Source: Candidatus Cloacimonadota bacterium
Lineage (GTDB): Bacteria; Cloacimonadota; Cloacimonadia; G963667145
Reading direction: 5' to 3'
DNA length: 64,000 bases
NCBI GenBank assembly: GCA_963667255.1
Contig: OY762940.1
Coordinates: 608,001-672,000 of the forward strand
Shown here one piece after another: positions 28,634-38,801 of this stretch. The notes below the pieces were generated by a model that worked only from the letters and a program-made list of their open reading frames with translations, ran no database searches and was not told the origin of the DNA. Numbering within the stretch: position 1 is the stretch's first letter; the number at the start of each line of letters is the position of its first letter. The position numbers were made by a program, and so were the translations under genes.

Positions 28634-29711
28634 GTAACCCTTGTTTTATGTATTTGTAATAATTTTGATTTTTTATCCCATAATAGCTAAAAAAGGCGAG
28701 TCCGCCCAAATCTTTTTTCAGGGCAATGTTGATTTTCGCCAAAATCTCTTTCCCTCTGTAGGCGTTATCGTCGTCCCAAGAACGCAATCCCACAACAATT
28801 TGCTTTCTTTGTTCCAGCGAGGAAGCGAAGTCCAATTGTTTCTTGATTACCTCGTTTTCCTTTGCGTATGCCATCAAATAGACTTTGTCGATGATGCCGG
28901 ACTGTAGCCATTTTACCCACTCCTGACTTCGTGTATAATAGGCATCGTCATAGTTGGCGAAAACCGCTGCGGAAACAGTAAGCTGAGGATTTATTTTTTT
29001 CGCACCTTCGTAGATTTTTTTCACGAAATTTGTGACATTGTCCCTTTTAAATTCCTGATAATCCACAAAATTGCTTTCTTTAAAATGTTTCAGAGCCAAA
29101 GGATTGTAGCCGTAATTTTTGGACGGATAGCGGATGTAATCCATTTGGATGCCGTCAATTTTGTAATTATTAATCACATCCATAAAAATATTGAACAAGT
29201 AGTCTTGTACCTCAGGGATTGCAGGGTCGAAATACGCTCCTTCCTCTTCTCGGGGGAGCATTCTGTCTCCTTGGGAGTTATGCGTAATCCAAAAAGGGTA
29301 AGTAAGATAAGGATGTTCCAGTCCGATATTGTCCGTTTCGTTGCCGGTAATCACGAAAGTCGTGAGCCAAGCTACCAGCTTCAAATCTCTTTGTTGGCAA
29401 AGTCCGGAGAGATACTCCAACGGGTCAAAATCTTGGTCGCTTAGTTTATAATTGCGAGGTTCTTCGTTGGGGGAACTGGAGTCGTATTTGTTCGGAAAAT
29501 ACAGAGCATCCCCTCTGTAGCGGACTTCGGCTATAATAGTATTGATGCCACATTCGGTGATTTTGCTTATCATTTCATCTATTTTTTCTTTGCTATCTAT
29601 ATCCCATGGAGTTGCCCAAACGGCTTTTTCCAAAGCTGAGAGAGGGCAAAAAATAAGAAGAAAAAAAAGGAGAAAAAATTCTCCTTTTTTATAAAAATCA
29701 GTTAAAAACAT
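28623..29711 (-). CDS. Glycoside hydrolase-like family 10 (YddW/DigH-like)
   Basis: VRYRGDALY, FDPL, FDPA.PEV, Y.IDGIQMDYIRYP, Q.W..W. Confidence 0.85.
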   Translation of the reverse strand: MFLTDFYKKGEFFLLFFLLIFCPLSALEKAVWATPWDIDSKEKIDEMISKITECGINTIIAEVRYRGDALYFPNKYDSSSPNEEPRNYKLSDQDFDPLEYLSGLCQQRDLKLVAWLTTFVITGNETDNIGLEHPYLTYPFWITHNSQGDRMLPREEEGAYFDPAIPEVQDYLFNIFMDVINNYKIDGIQMDYIRYPSKNYGYNPLALKHFKESNFVDYQEFKRDNVTNFVKKIYEGAKKINPQLTVSAAVFANYDDAYYTRSQEWVKWLQSGIIDKVYLMAYAKENEVIKKQLDFASSLEQRKQIVVGLRSWDDDNAYRGKEILAKINIALKKDLGGLAFFSYYGIKNQNYYKYIKQGLHGK

Positions 29712-29720
29712 TTAGAAAAA

Positions 29721-30845
29721 TTATCTCACTCTCAAAGGCATCAAAAGGAAACGAGCCTCAAGATTTTCGTCAACTTGCTCATTATTGTAAATCAGAATAG
29801 CCTCTGTCGGACTCTTGAAGCAAAATTTCACATTTTCGCTCGTGATTACATTAAGAATAGCGAGCAAAAATTTGTAATTAAGTGTAATTTCCATAGATTC
29901 CGAGTTGATTTCCGCTGTTTGCAAATCCTCACTTCCAGAACCTTTGTCATCGTTGGAAGAGCTGAGCGTCAACTCGTCATCCTTTATCGTGAGCAAAACT
30001 CTGAAATCTATATCGGAAGAAGCAAGAGAAACGCGTTTAATAGCTTCGCTGATTTCGTTTCGGTTGACGACGACAATATTATTGTTTTCTATTTGGAAAG
30101 CTCTTTTGTAATCAGGAAACTCTCCCTCAATAACATGAGAGAAAATAATAAAGTTCTCATAGTTGAAAACGATTCTGTTTTCCTCAAAAAGCACCTTGAT
30201 TTTATTGCTGTCTTCGTCCAAAATTTTGCTGATAAACAAAGTTGTTTTCACAGGCATAATTTTGCTGATTTCGTTGGTAACATCAAGATTTTCTTTCACG
30301 GTAACTTCAGCAATTTTGCTGGCATCGGTTGCAACCATTATTTGCCCTTGAGGGCTGAGTTGCCAAAAAATTCCGTTTAATACCGGAGAGTTTATTCGAT
30401 TAGATACGGCGAAAGATGTGTTATCTATCATTTTTGTGAAAAGGTCCATCTCGAACTCAATTGCCTTGTTGAAATCAATTTTAGGAATGATAGGGAAAAC
30501 TGAAAAGTCCTCCACAATCGGAGTTGAGAATTTGGAGTTTCCGCAATTTATTTTGAGTTTGTTTTCGTTTTGCTGTATGTAGATGGTGCTGGATGGCAAA
30601 GCCGCGATAATATCGCTGAAATATTTGGCAGGCACAGCCGTTTTGCCAGACTCCAAAACATTGGCTTTGATTTTGGCAGTTACTGTTATCTCCATATCCG
30701 AAGCACTGATGGTAATAGTCTCATCATCTTGATTGGCTTCAAGAAGGAAAGTAGTCAGAATTGCCATAGTATTTTTAGTAGGAACTACGGTAACCAAGTG
30801 AGCAAGCTTGCCAGCTATATCTTTTTTCTCTATAGAAAATTTCAT
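29721..30845 (-). CDS. dnaN: DNA polymerase III beta sliding clamp
   Basis: ASDMEI, FP.IP, MVATD, IEGEFPDY, C-terminal LLMPLR; 374 aa. Confidence 0.95.
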   Translation of the reverse strand: MKFSIEKKDIAGKLAHLVTVVPTKNTMAILTTFLLEANQDDETITISASDMEITVTAKIKANVLESGKTAVPAKYFSDIIAALPSSTIYIQQNENKLKINCGNSKFSTPIVEDFSVFPIIPKIDFNKAIEFEMDLFTKMIDNTSFAVSNRINSPVLNGIFWQLSPQGQIMVATDASKIAEVTVKENLDVTNEISKIMPVKTTLFISKILDEDSNKIKVLFEENRIVFNYENFIIFSHVIEGEFPDYKRAFQIENNNIVVVNRNEISEAIKRVSLASSDIDFRVLLTIKDDELTLSSSNDDKGSGSEDLQTAEINSESMEITLNYKFLLAILNVITSENVKFCFKSPTEAILIYNNEQVDENLEARFLLMPLRVR

Positions 30846-30924
30846 TTTATCTCCTTATGCAGATATTCTATCTGAAAATCTTTAATACTCTCCACAACTA
30901 ACAGAAATTATTAAAAACTCATCA

Positions 30925-30969
30925 ACAAACAATAGGCAAGAGCCTTAATTCAAATCAAAACTCTTGCCT
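30925..30969 (-). terminator. Probable intrinsic terminator after hup
   Basis: AGGCAAGAG (30934-30942) and CTCTTGCCT (30961-30969) form an inverted repeat with a U-rich tail on the minus strand. Confidence 0.55.
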
Positions 30970-30993
30970 TTAATAGTTTGAAAATTTTGCAAA

Positions 30994-31266
30994 TTACTTG
31001 ATTGCGTCTTTCAATCCTTTGCCGGCCTTGAATGAAGGAACATCTCTGGCAGGAATAGTGAGATCGGCACCGGTTTGTGGATTTCTTCCTGATCTTTCAG
31101 ATCTGTGTTTAACAGAAAAAGTCCCGAAACCCACTAAAGCAACTTTATCTTTTTTGGACAAAGCGTTAGTCACGCTACCCAAGAAAGATGAAAGGGCTGC
31201 AGAGGCTTGCTTTTTAGTAATATCAGCGTCTTTGGCAATCTTGCTTACAATTTCTTCCCTTGTCAT
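30994..31266 (-). CDS. hup: HU DNA-binding protein
   Basis: VALVGFGTFSV..R..R.GRNPQTG..L.IPA..VPSFKAGK.LK; start set to ATG 31266 after AAGGAG. Confidence 0.96.
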   Translation of the reverse strand: MTREEIVSKIAKDADITKKQASAALSSFLGSVTNALSKKDKVALVGFGTFSVKHRSERSGRNPQTGADLTIPARDVPSFKAGKGLKDAIK

Positions 31267-31427
31267 GTCTTCTCCTTTATGTAATAGAGTATTACCCATC
31301 TGCTAAGGCATCTCTATATCTTGTCAACAAAAAATATCAATAAAATGTTCATCTCAAGATGGTTATGGATTATTTTTGAAAATTTAGCAAGAGGTAATTC
31401 ATTTAATTTCAGTGTATTGTGTTAAAA

Positions 31428-31795
31428 TGGTGGAGGTGGCGAGATTCGAACTCGCGTCCAAAAGTCAACCGCTACCGGCTCTACATACTTAGTTGTTTTG
31501 GTTTAACCAAAAGCAAGGGAAACAATCAACCTAAACTGATGGCGATTTCTCGATTTGAGTTTCGCAAAAAAGACGAGAAAGACTCTCTTTTGCTATTTGA
31601 TTAAAAATGATACCTTGTTTACGGGGAACAACCAAAGAGTTTCCCGAGGAGGCAGGAGCCTAATTAGGCTGCCATTGCGTAGTTATCGTTTCCGTCTACT
31701 TATTAATTGTCCAAGCATTTTAACGGGATAATTGAACATTGCCCGGTATGCACCGAAAGTCGATTTAAACCTCTGTCTAAACCAAATTCACCCCC
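31428..31795 (-). ncRNA. ssrA: tmRNA
   Basis: 5' end GGGGGTGAATTTGGTTTAGAC; 3' end GACGCGAGTTCGAATCTCGCCACCTCCACCA; internal tag ORF GNDNYAMAA* at 31693-31664. Confidence 0.95.
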
Positions 31796-31996
31796 AAATT
31801 ATTATAATCAGTTGAAAAGACAGTTTTTCAGAACAATGGTAATGTCAATAAAATTCTTCATCTTGAATGGGGACTACAAATTGAATTAAAAAACAAAAAA
31901 AATCTTGAATTGTATAGCTTAAAAAAATATCAAGTTTGAGATAAAAATACAAGTTTGTCTGTTTCGGATACAGACTGTTTGATTTGAGGTGGGATT

Positions 31997-32638
31997 ATGA
32001 TAAAAATTAAAAATTTTGTGTTGTTGCCCGGATATGAAACAAACACTTATTTGGTGTATGAGCAGGAGTCTAAAAAAGCTGTCTTAATTGACCCGGCTGC
32101 TCCGGGAAGTTCTGTCAGAGATTTTATAGAGGAGAACGAATTGGATTTGGTTTACATTTTAAATACGCATGGTCATTCTGATCACATAGGTGGCAACAGC
32201 TATTTTAAAAGGCTTTGTCCTGAGGCGAAATTGTTAATTCATCCCGCTGATAAAAAGATGTTGTTCGATTCGAAAGTTAATCTTAGTGTTTATTATGGTA
32301 GCAGTGAAATTTTTTCTCCGAGTGAGGACGGCGAACTTTATGACGGACAGGAGATAGAGTTTGGCAAAAGCGTTATAAAAGTAATGCATACTCCTGGTCA
32401 CACTTTGGGTGGTGTTTGTTTTTTGATTGATAATTGTTTATTTTCTGGAGATACCCTTTTTGATATGAGCGTTGGTAGGACAGATTTACCCGGAGGTTCT
32501 CCTGCAAAATTAATGAACTCTATAAAAACAAAATTGATGGATTTGCCGGACGAGTTGTTGGTTTATCCCGGACATGGTAATAGCACGACCTTGGGTGTGC
32601 AAAAGAGGAGAAATCCGTTCTTTAGGGATTTGAGTTAG
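31997..32638 (+). CDS. MBL-fold metallo-hydrolase (glyoxalase II-like)
   Basis: THGHSDHIG, HTPGHT.G, FSGDTLF, VYPGHG. Confidence 0.92.
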   Translation: MIKIKNFVLLPGYETNTYLVYEQESKKAVLIDPAAPGSSVRDFIEENELDLVYILNTHGHSDHIGGNSYFKRLCPEAKLLIHPADKKMLFDSKVNLSVYYGSSEIFSPSEDGELYDGQEIEFGKSVIKVMHTPGHTLGGVCFLIDNCLFSGDTLFDMSVGRTDLPGGSPAKLMNSIKTKLMDLPDELLVYPGHGNSTTLGVQKRRNPFFRDLS

Positions 32639-32642
32639 CTTT

Positions 32643-33290
32643 ATGATAATTGCGATAGATGGACCAGCTGCTTCAGGAAAGAGCACCACAGCCAAAAGAA
32701 TTGCCGATGAATTGGGGATAAACTACATAGATACGGGAGCTATGTATCGAGCTTGTGCCTTGAAAATATTCGAAATGGGAATAGAGTTGGCAGATTCTCC
32801 TCAATTGAGAGAAATTATAGATTCCATAAAGATAGATTTTGATAATAATGGGCGAACTATTCTTTTGGATGGAGTCGATGTGAGTGCTGAGATAAGGACG
32901 GATGTAATTTCCGCAGGTGCTTCCAAAATTGCCACCATTGGTTTTGTTCGGGAGAAGATGACGGAGTTGCAGAGGAGAATTGGTTTGTCCAAATCGGTTG
33001 TTATGGACGGCAGGGATATTGGCAGTGCTGTTTTCCCTAACGCTGATTTCAAATTCTACTTGGATGCGTCAGTAGATGCTCGTGCTAAAAGAAGACATTT
33101 GGAAGCTGTGGAAAAGAAAGAGAATTTGAGTTTGGAAGAGATAAAAAGCAGCATAATTGCCAGAGACGAGGCTGATATGAATAGAGAAATTTCTCCGTTG
33201 GTAAAGGCTGAAAATGCTATAGAAATTGACACTTCAGACCTCACGATACCACAACAGGTTGCAAAAATTTTGGAGATTGTCGGCAAGTGA
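32643..33290 (+). CDS. cmk: Cytidylate kinase
   Basis: IAIDGPAASGKST, IDTGAMYRA, DGRDIG..VFP.A, RD..D..R..SPL. Confidence 0.97.
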   Translation: MIIAIDGPAASGKSTTAKRIADELGINYIDTGAMYRACALKIFEMGIELADSPQLREIIDSIKIDFDNNGRTILLDGVDVSAEIRTDVISAGASKIATIGFVREKMTELQRRIGLSKSVVMDGRDIGSAVFPNADFKFYLDASVDARAKRRHLEAVEKKENLSLEEIKSSIIARDEADMNREISPLVKAENAIEIDTSDLTIPQQVAKILEIVGK

Positions 33291-34138
33291 AATCAATTAT
33301 TGAAATTGCGGAACATTCCGGATTTTGTTATGGAGTGAAGCGGGCGATTGACATAGCTCTGGAGACCGCCAAGAATGAAAGCGGAAGAGTTGTGACGATA
33401 GGTCCGATTATTCACAATCCGCAAATGGTCGAGAAATTGAAGGAGCGGAATGTGCAATGTTTGCAAGGCTTGGATGAAGTGCAAGACGGCGACTGTGTGA
33501 TAGTTCGTTCTCATGGAATGGTGAAGGAAGATTTATGTTGGCTACAAAAAAGAGGTGTGAAGATTGTTGATGCGACTTGCCCGAATGTAGCCAAAATTCA
33601 CAGACTTGTGCAGGAAAGTTCCCAAAGAAAACAAGCGGTAATAATCTTCGGTGATGAAAATCATCCAGAAGTTGTGGCTATAAAATCTTATGCTGGAGAA
33701 AAATCTGCAATTGTAAAAAGAATTGAGGATGTCCCGACAAATTTTTTGCTCTCGGAGTCTGTTCTCTTGGTTTCACAAACTACTCAGAATAAACAGAAAT
33801 TTGCCGAATTTGAACAGCAACTAAAAGAGAATTGCAAGAATTTGCGGGTGGTGAATACTATATGTAACGCCACGGAAGTGCGACAAAGCTCTACTCAAAA
33901 ACTTGCTCAAGAAGTCGAAGTGATGATAGTAGTTGGAGGTTTGAACTCTGCAAACACAAGGACTTTGGCAAAAATTGCCGGCAGATACAGCAAAACTTTT
34001 CACATAGAAACACCTGAAAATTTGGAAGTTAGAATGGTAAAAGGTTTTGACAAAATCGGCTTGACAGCGGGAGCTTCGACACCAAGTTGGCTAATAAAAA
34101 GTGTACTTTCTAAAATTGATGAGTTGTGCTCTTCATAA
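33287..34138 (+). CDS. ispH: 4-hydroxy-3-methylbut-2-enyl diphosphate reductase
   Basis: GFCYGVKRAI, IIHN, DATCP.V, HPEV, TICNAT..RQ, SANT, TAGASTP. Confidence 0.96.
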   Translation: MKSIIEIAEHSGFCYGVKRAIDIALETAKNESGRVVTIGPIIHNPQMVEKLKERNVQCLQGLDEVQDGDCVIVRSHGMVKEDLCWLQKRGVKIVDATCPNVAKIHRLVQESSQRKQAVIIFGDENHPEVVAIKSYAGEKSAIVKRIEDVPTNFLLSESVLLVSQTTQNKQKFAEFEQQLKENCKNLRVVNTICNATEVRQSSTQKLAQEVEVMIVVGGLNSANTRTLAKIAGRYSKTFHIETPENLEVRMVKGFDKIGLTAGASTPSWLIKSVLSKIDELCSS

Positions 34139-34171
34139 ATTTGTGATTTTAGTAAGATTAGGGGAAATATA

Positions 34172-35815
34172 ATGTCTAATAAAGAAAAAATGCTGGCAAT
34201 GATGGAAGAATCGTTCGGTAATATCAAAAAAGGAGAAATCGTAGAGGGGACGGTTGTCAGTATTGATGAAAGCAATGTTGTTGTCGATATTGGTTATAAA
34301 TCCGAAGGGGTTATTTCTCTTAGTGAATTTAGTGATGATGTGCCCGAAATAGGTCAGCAAATCAATGTATATATTGTTTATATGGAAGATGCTTCGGGAA
34401 GAGTTAAACTGTCGAAGAAGGTGGCGGAAAAGGAAGAAATTTTCCAAAATCTTGTGAAAGCACATGAAAATGGTGACATAGTTGAGTTTCAGGTAAAAAA
34501 ACTTGTTAATGGCGGTTTTTTTGTTACGGTGAACGATTGTAACGCTTTTTTACCCGGATCTTTGGTAGATATTAAGCCTGTTAAAAATTTCAAGCACTAT
34601 TTAGACCAAACTTTGGAAGGGAAAATCATCAGTATTGACAAAGCAAAGAAGAGTATTGTAGTTTCTCGCAAAGACTCCCTTTTGGACAAACAGAATAAGA
34701 AGAAGTTGGAAGTTTTTGAACACTTGGGAGAAGGTGCCGAAGTTGATGGTGTGGTAAAAGGGATTACTGATTATGGTGCTTTTGTGGACATAGGTGGGTT
34801 TGACGGACTATTGCATATTTCGGATATGAGTTGGTCTAATATCTCTCATCCTTCGGTTTTGTTCAAAGTCGGAGATAAGATAAGAGTAAAGATTTTGAAG
34901 ATAGCTTCCGAGACGAATAGGATTTCTCTTGGTGTAAAACAACTTTTGCCTCACCCATGGGAGAATGTTGACCAAAAAATTTCGCAGGGCGATACGGTGA
35001 AAGGTGTTGTTACTAAGCTGACATCCTATGGTGCTTTTGTGGATTTGGAAGTTGGTCTGAAAGGATTTATCCATAAATCTGAAATGTCATGGACGAGGAC
35101 GATTAATCATCCAGGGCAAGTTTTGAATGAGGGCGACGAGATTAGTGCAATTGTTTTGAATATCGATAAAGATGAGAAGAAAATCTCTTTGGGTCTTCGT
35201 CAAATGATTATTAATCCTTGGTTGACCATCGGTATGAAATATGAAGTTGGGCAGGTGGTTACCAGACCTGTTAAATCTATTACCAGTTTCGGGATGTTCT
35301 TGGAGCTTGATGATGACATTGATGGTCTTGTTCATATTGCCGATGTGGCTTGGAGCAAGAGAATTGATAATCTTAAGTCTGTTTATAAAGTTGGGCAAGA
35401 GGTTGAGGTTAAGATTTTGGACATTGATGCTTCTGCGTATAAGGTGTCTTTTGGCATTAAGCAATTAACCGAAAATCCGTGGGAAAAAGCTGATTTGCTG
35501 AAAAACGGGCAAAGCGTAAAAGCCAAAATACAAAAAGCTATTCAAAATAAAGGTGTTGTTCTTGATTTGGAGCATGAAGGAATGATTTTCGAAGGATTTG
35601 TTCCTTCTTCTTTTGTTTCTTTGGATCAAGGGGAAAGCCTTTCAGACAAGTATCCTGAAGGCTCTATGCATGAATTTTTGGTTTCCAAGGTAGATCGTAA
35701 GGGTTGTAGGATTATATTGAAACCTGCCGACCAATCTTATGAATCTCATAACCAAAATGAAGAAGTTCCAGTAGAATCTTTTCACGAACAATTAGATAAT
35801 TTGAATTTAGATTAG
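34172..35815 (+). CDS. rpsA: 30S ribosomal protein S1
   Basis: Repeated S1 domains (YGAFVDIGGFDGLLHISDMSW, RISLGVKQL..PW). Confidence 0.96.
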   Translation: MSNKEKMLAMMEESFGNIKKGEIVEGTVVSIDESNVVVDIGYKSEGVISLSEFSDDVPEIGQQINVYIVYMEDASGRVKLSKKVAEKEEIFQNLVKAHENGDIVEFQVKKLVNGGFFVTVNDCNAFLPGSLVDIKPVKNFKHYLDQTLEGKIISIDKAKKSIVVSRKDSLLDKQNKKKLEVFEHLGEGAEVDGVVKGITDYGAFVDIGGFDGLLHISDMSWSNISHPSVLFKVGDKIRVKILKIASETNRISLGVKQLLPHPWENVDQKISQGDTVKGVVTKLTSYGAFVDLEVGLKGFIHKSEMSWTRTINHPGQVLNEGDEISAIVLNIDKDEKKISLGLRQMIINPWLTIGMKYEVGQVVTRPVKSITSFGMFLELDDDIDGLVHIADVAWSKRIDNLKSVYKVGQEVEVKILDIDASAYKVSFGIKQLTENPWEKADLLKNGQSVKAKIQKAIQNKGVVLDLEHEGMIFEGFVPSSFVSLDQGESLSDKYPEGSMHEFLVSKVDRKGCRIILKPADQSYESHNQNEEVPVESFHEQLDNLNLD

Positions 35816-35842
35816 TTTATTGCCGTATTGTAAGGAGAGTAT

Positions 35843-37165
35843 ATGCGTAAGAAAACTTTTAAGCACGGGGTGCATCCTCCTGATTTTAAAAGTCTTAGTA
35901 GTGATTTTGCCATTGAGATGCCTGATTTACCGAAGGTAGCTACTTTGTTTTTGTCACAGCATTTGGGCAAGCCTGCCATTCCGATTGTGGCTGTGGGCGA
36001 CAAAGTAAAAACAGGTCAACTTATAGCCAAACAAGATGGGTTTATTTCTGCTAATATTCACTCTTCCGTTACCGGAGAAGTGATTGCTATTGATTCGTTC
36101 ATTGACCCGACAGGCAAAAAGAGCAAGGCTATTCAGATTAAAGCTGCTAGCGAAGATGACTGGGTTGAGCTTGTGGACGATGAGAACTATTTGGAACTTC
36201 CGACGGAAGAGATACTCAAAAGAGTTCAGGATGGTGGCGTTGTTGGTATGGGTGGTGCAGGATTTCCGTGTTATGTCAAGTTGATGAGTAAGAATATCGA
36301 CACTGTTATCCTCAATGGTGTGGAGTGCGAGCCTTTTATTACTTCTGATTACAGGATTATGCTGGAAAGAGGCGAGGAGATTATCTCCGGTCTGAAAATC
36401 TTCATGAAGGTTCTCGGTGCTAAGCAAGGCATTATCGGGATTGAGGACAATAAGCCGAAAGCTATTAAAGCTATGCAGTCTCTTCTCGTTGGACAGAGCG
36501 ACATCTATGTTCAGCCACTGGAACTGAAATATCCGCAAGGCGGAGAGAAGCAATTGATTTTTGCTTGTGTGGGCAAAGAAGTTCCCAATAAAGGCGGTTT
36601 GCCTACCGATGTGGGTGTGGTGGTGCAAAATGTAGGCACGGCGATAGCTGCTTATCAAGCCGTTCGTTATAAAAAACCTCTGATAGAGAGAGTGATAACT
36701 GTTACCGGTTCTGCCGTGAGAAGTCCCAAAAATTTCTGTGCTCGCTTGGGCGTGAGTTTCGATTATCTTTTGGAAGAAGCCAAAGGTGCTATTGCTCCTG
36801 TAGCCAAGATTATTTCTGGTGGACCGATGATGGGTTTTGCTGTAGGCGATGCAAGTGCTTGCATTACCAAAACGAGTTCTGCCGTGGTTTTCCTTCGCAA
36901 ATCTGAGATATTCCAAAGCCAAGAAAGCAAATGTATAAGATGTGCCAGATGTGTTGATGTTTGTCCGCAAAATTTATTACCCGGTAAGATTGGCGATGCG
37001 TCTATGAACGGACTTTGGGACGAGGCTGCTAATGGTGGTGCGTTGGATTGTATCCGTTGCGGTAGCTGTGCGTATGTTTGTCCGGCTCACATCAAGTTGG
37101 TGCAATGGATAGATTTAGCTCGTTTGGAATTGGCGAAAAGACCGAAATTGGAGGAGAAAAAATGA
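35843..37165 (+). CDS. rnfC: Rnf complex subunit C
   Basis: GVVGMGGAGFP, NGVECEP, YPQGGEKQLI, GGPMMG, two CxxCxxCxxxCP motifs. Confidence 0.95.
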   Translation: MRKKTFKHGVHPPDFKSLSSDFAIEMPDLPKVATLFLSQHLGKPAIPIVAVGDKVKTGQLIAKQDGFISANIHSSVTGEVIAIDSFIDPTGKKSKAIQIKAASEDDWVELVDDENYLELPTEEILKRVQDGGVVGMGGAGFPCYVKLMSKNIDTVILNGVECEPFITSDYRIMLERGEEIISGLKIFMKVLGAKQGIIGIEDNKPKAIKAMQSLLVGQSDIYVQPLELKYPQGGEKQLIFACVGKEVPNKGGLPTDVGVVVQNVGTAIAAYQAVRYKKPLIERVITVTGSAVRSPKNFCARLGVSFDYLLEEAKGAIAPVAKIISGGPMMGFAVGDASACITKTSSAVVFLRKSEIFQSQESKCIRCARCVDVCPQNLLPGKIGDASMNGLWDEAANGGALDCIRCGSCAYVCPAHIKLVQWIDLARLELAKRPKLEEKK

Positions 37166-38256
37166 AACTTGTAGTTAGTGCGGCTCCTCATCTTCACGAT
37201 AAGTTGTCGACCAAATCGATTATGTGGAATGTTGCTTTTGCTCTGTTGCCTGCGTTGTGTTTTTCCGTGTATTACTTTGGTCTAAAAGCTCTTTTACTAA
37301 CTGTTTGTGGGATTGCTTCCGCTATGCTTAGCGAGGCTTTAATTCAGAAATTTAGAAAAGTGCCTGTAACGATAGATGATGGCAGTGCCTTTGTTGCCGG
37401 AATGTTGGTGGCTTACAATATCCCTGTCAGTGCTCCATGGTGGATACCTGTTGTCGGTAGTGCTTTCGCTATGGCTGTGGGCAAGCACGCTTTCGGAGGA
37501 CTGGGTTCTAACATCCTTAATCCGGCTCTGTTGGCGAGAGCTTTCTTGATGGCTTCATGGCCTACGATTATGACGAATTGGAGCAAGACGACTCTTGGTT
37601 CTATCAGTGGAATGATGGGTGTTAGTAGAGATTTGGTCTCCGCCAAAGCTAAGGTTTTGGTTAGCAGTGCCACTCCTTTGGGAGTTGTTAAGTTCTTGCG
37701 AGACCAGAATTTTGTGGATGGTTTGGGTGTTACCGCTCAGCAAGGGAAAGAGGTTGCTCTATTGCTGATGAATAAACTCTCCAGCTTTGAAGTTTTGCAA
37801 AATCTTTTCTGGGGAAACTGTGGAGGAGTTTTAGGCGAGACTTCTGTAATTGCCTTGTTGCTCGGAGCAGGATGGTTGGCTTATAAGCATATAATTGAGT
37901 GGCGAATACCGACTTGCTATATATTGACCGTGTTTGTTCTTACCTATATTTTCGGTGGTATAGACGGAATTTTTTCTGTCTCTATTCTGTTTGCTGCTTT
38001 CCAAGTTTTTGCTGGTGGACTTATTCTCGGTGCATTTTTTATGGCAACGGATATGGTGACTTCGCCGGAGACGAGAAAAGGTAGAATAGTTTTCGGTATA
38101 GGTTGTGGGATTTTGACGGTGTTGATTAGACTAAAAGGTGGTTATCCTGAGGGTGTTTGTTATTCCATCTTGCTGATGAACCTGACCGTGCCCCTGATAA
38201 ATAGATGGACGATGCCAAAATTTTTCGGCTCAACCGGAAAAGGAGGAGCTAAATGA
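37162..38256 (+). CDS. rnfD: Rnf complex subunit D
   Basis: GK..FGGLG.N..NPA, SSATPL (FMN threonine), GETS, GAFFMATD..TSP, GGYPEGV; start set at the ATGA overlap 37162. Confidence 0.95.
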   Translation: MKLVVSAAPHLHDKLSTKSIMWNVAFALLPALCFSVYYFGLKALLLTVCGIASAMLSEALIQKFRKVPVTIDDGSAFVAGMLVAYNIPVSAPWWIPVVGSAFAMAVGKHAFGGLGSNILNPALLARAFLMASWPTIMTNWSKTTLGSISGMMGVSRDLVSAKAKVLVSSATPLGVVKFLRDQNFVDGLGVTAQQGKEVALLLMNKLSSFEVLQNLFWGNCGGVLGETSVIALLLGAGWLAYKHIIEWRIPTCYILTVFVLTYIFGGIDGIFSVSILFAAFQVFAGGLILGAFFMATDMVTSPETRKGRIVFGIGCGILTVLIRLKGGYPEGVCYSILLMNLTVPLINRWTMPKFFGSTGKGGAK

Positions 38257-38801
38257 AAAACTATTTAAGACTTTCCGGAATTCTCCTCATTATTTGTGTT
38301 ATTGCCAGTGCAACTTTGGCATTTGTTAACAAAAAGACCAAACCGATTATTGATAATATAGCTGCTCAAGAAGAGAAAAAAGCGATGCTTTTTGTTTTGC
38401 CTGAGGCGGAGTCTTTTGAGAAGCACGAAGATGGCGAATTTGTCTATTACTTGGGACAAAAGAGCGGTGGAGAGTTGATTGGATATGTATTCATCGCAAC
38501 TGGTCAAGGGTATTCCAGTTTGATACGGACTGTGGTCGGTTTGAAGACAGATTTTTCCGTGAATTGCATCAAAGTTATTTCCCAATCTGAGACTCCGGGT
38601 CTTGGTGCGAATAGCGAGAAGCGAGAATGGCAAGACCAATTCAAAGGTAAAAAATGTGCTCAAATATCCGTGGTCAAAGACGGCGGAGAGATTACTAGTA
38701 TAACTGGTTCGACAATAACAAGCAGAGCGATTTCCAATTCTATCAATGCTGGAATTAAGCTTTTGGAAGTGGCAGTCGTGAAAGAGGGAGGCAATAAATG
38801 A
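38253..38801 (+). CDS. rnfG: Rnf complex subunit G
   Basis: N-terminal TM, GY, ETPGLG, ITGSTITS (FMN-binding). Confidence 0.92.
   Translation: MKNYLRLSGILLIICVIASATLAFVNKKTKPIIDNIAAQEEKKAMLFVLPEAESFEKHEDGEFVYYLGQKSGGELIGYVFIATGQGYSSLIRTVVGLKTDFSVNCIKVISQSETPGLGANSEKREWQDQFKGKKCAQISVVKDGGEITSITGSTITSRAISNSINAGIKLLEVAVVKEGGNK

Noticed and set aside
31950..31985. Small hairpin GTCTGT-TTCGGAT-ACAGAC upstream of the MBL hydrolase
   Set aside because: Too short and unsupported to call a regulatory RNA
35954..36970. 338-aa minus-strand ORF, and the many shorter antisense ORFs in the track
   Set aside because: Overlaps conserved genes such as rnfC on the opposite strand; no RBS or family signal
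38695..38725. RnfG FMN motif reads TGST instead of S/TGAT
   Set aside because: The acceptor Thr is retained; a single conservative change is not evidence of altered function
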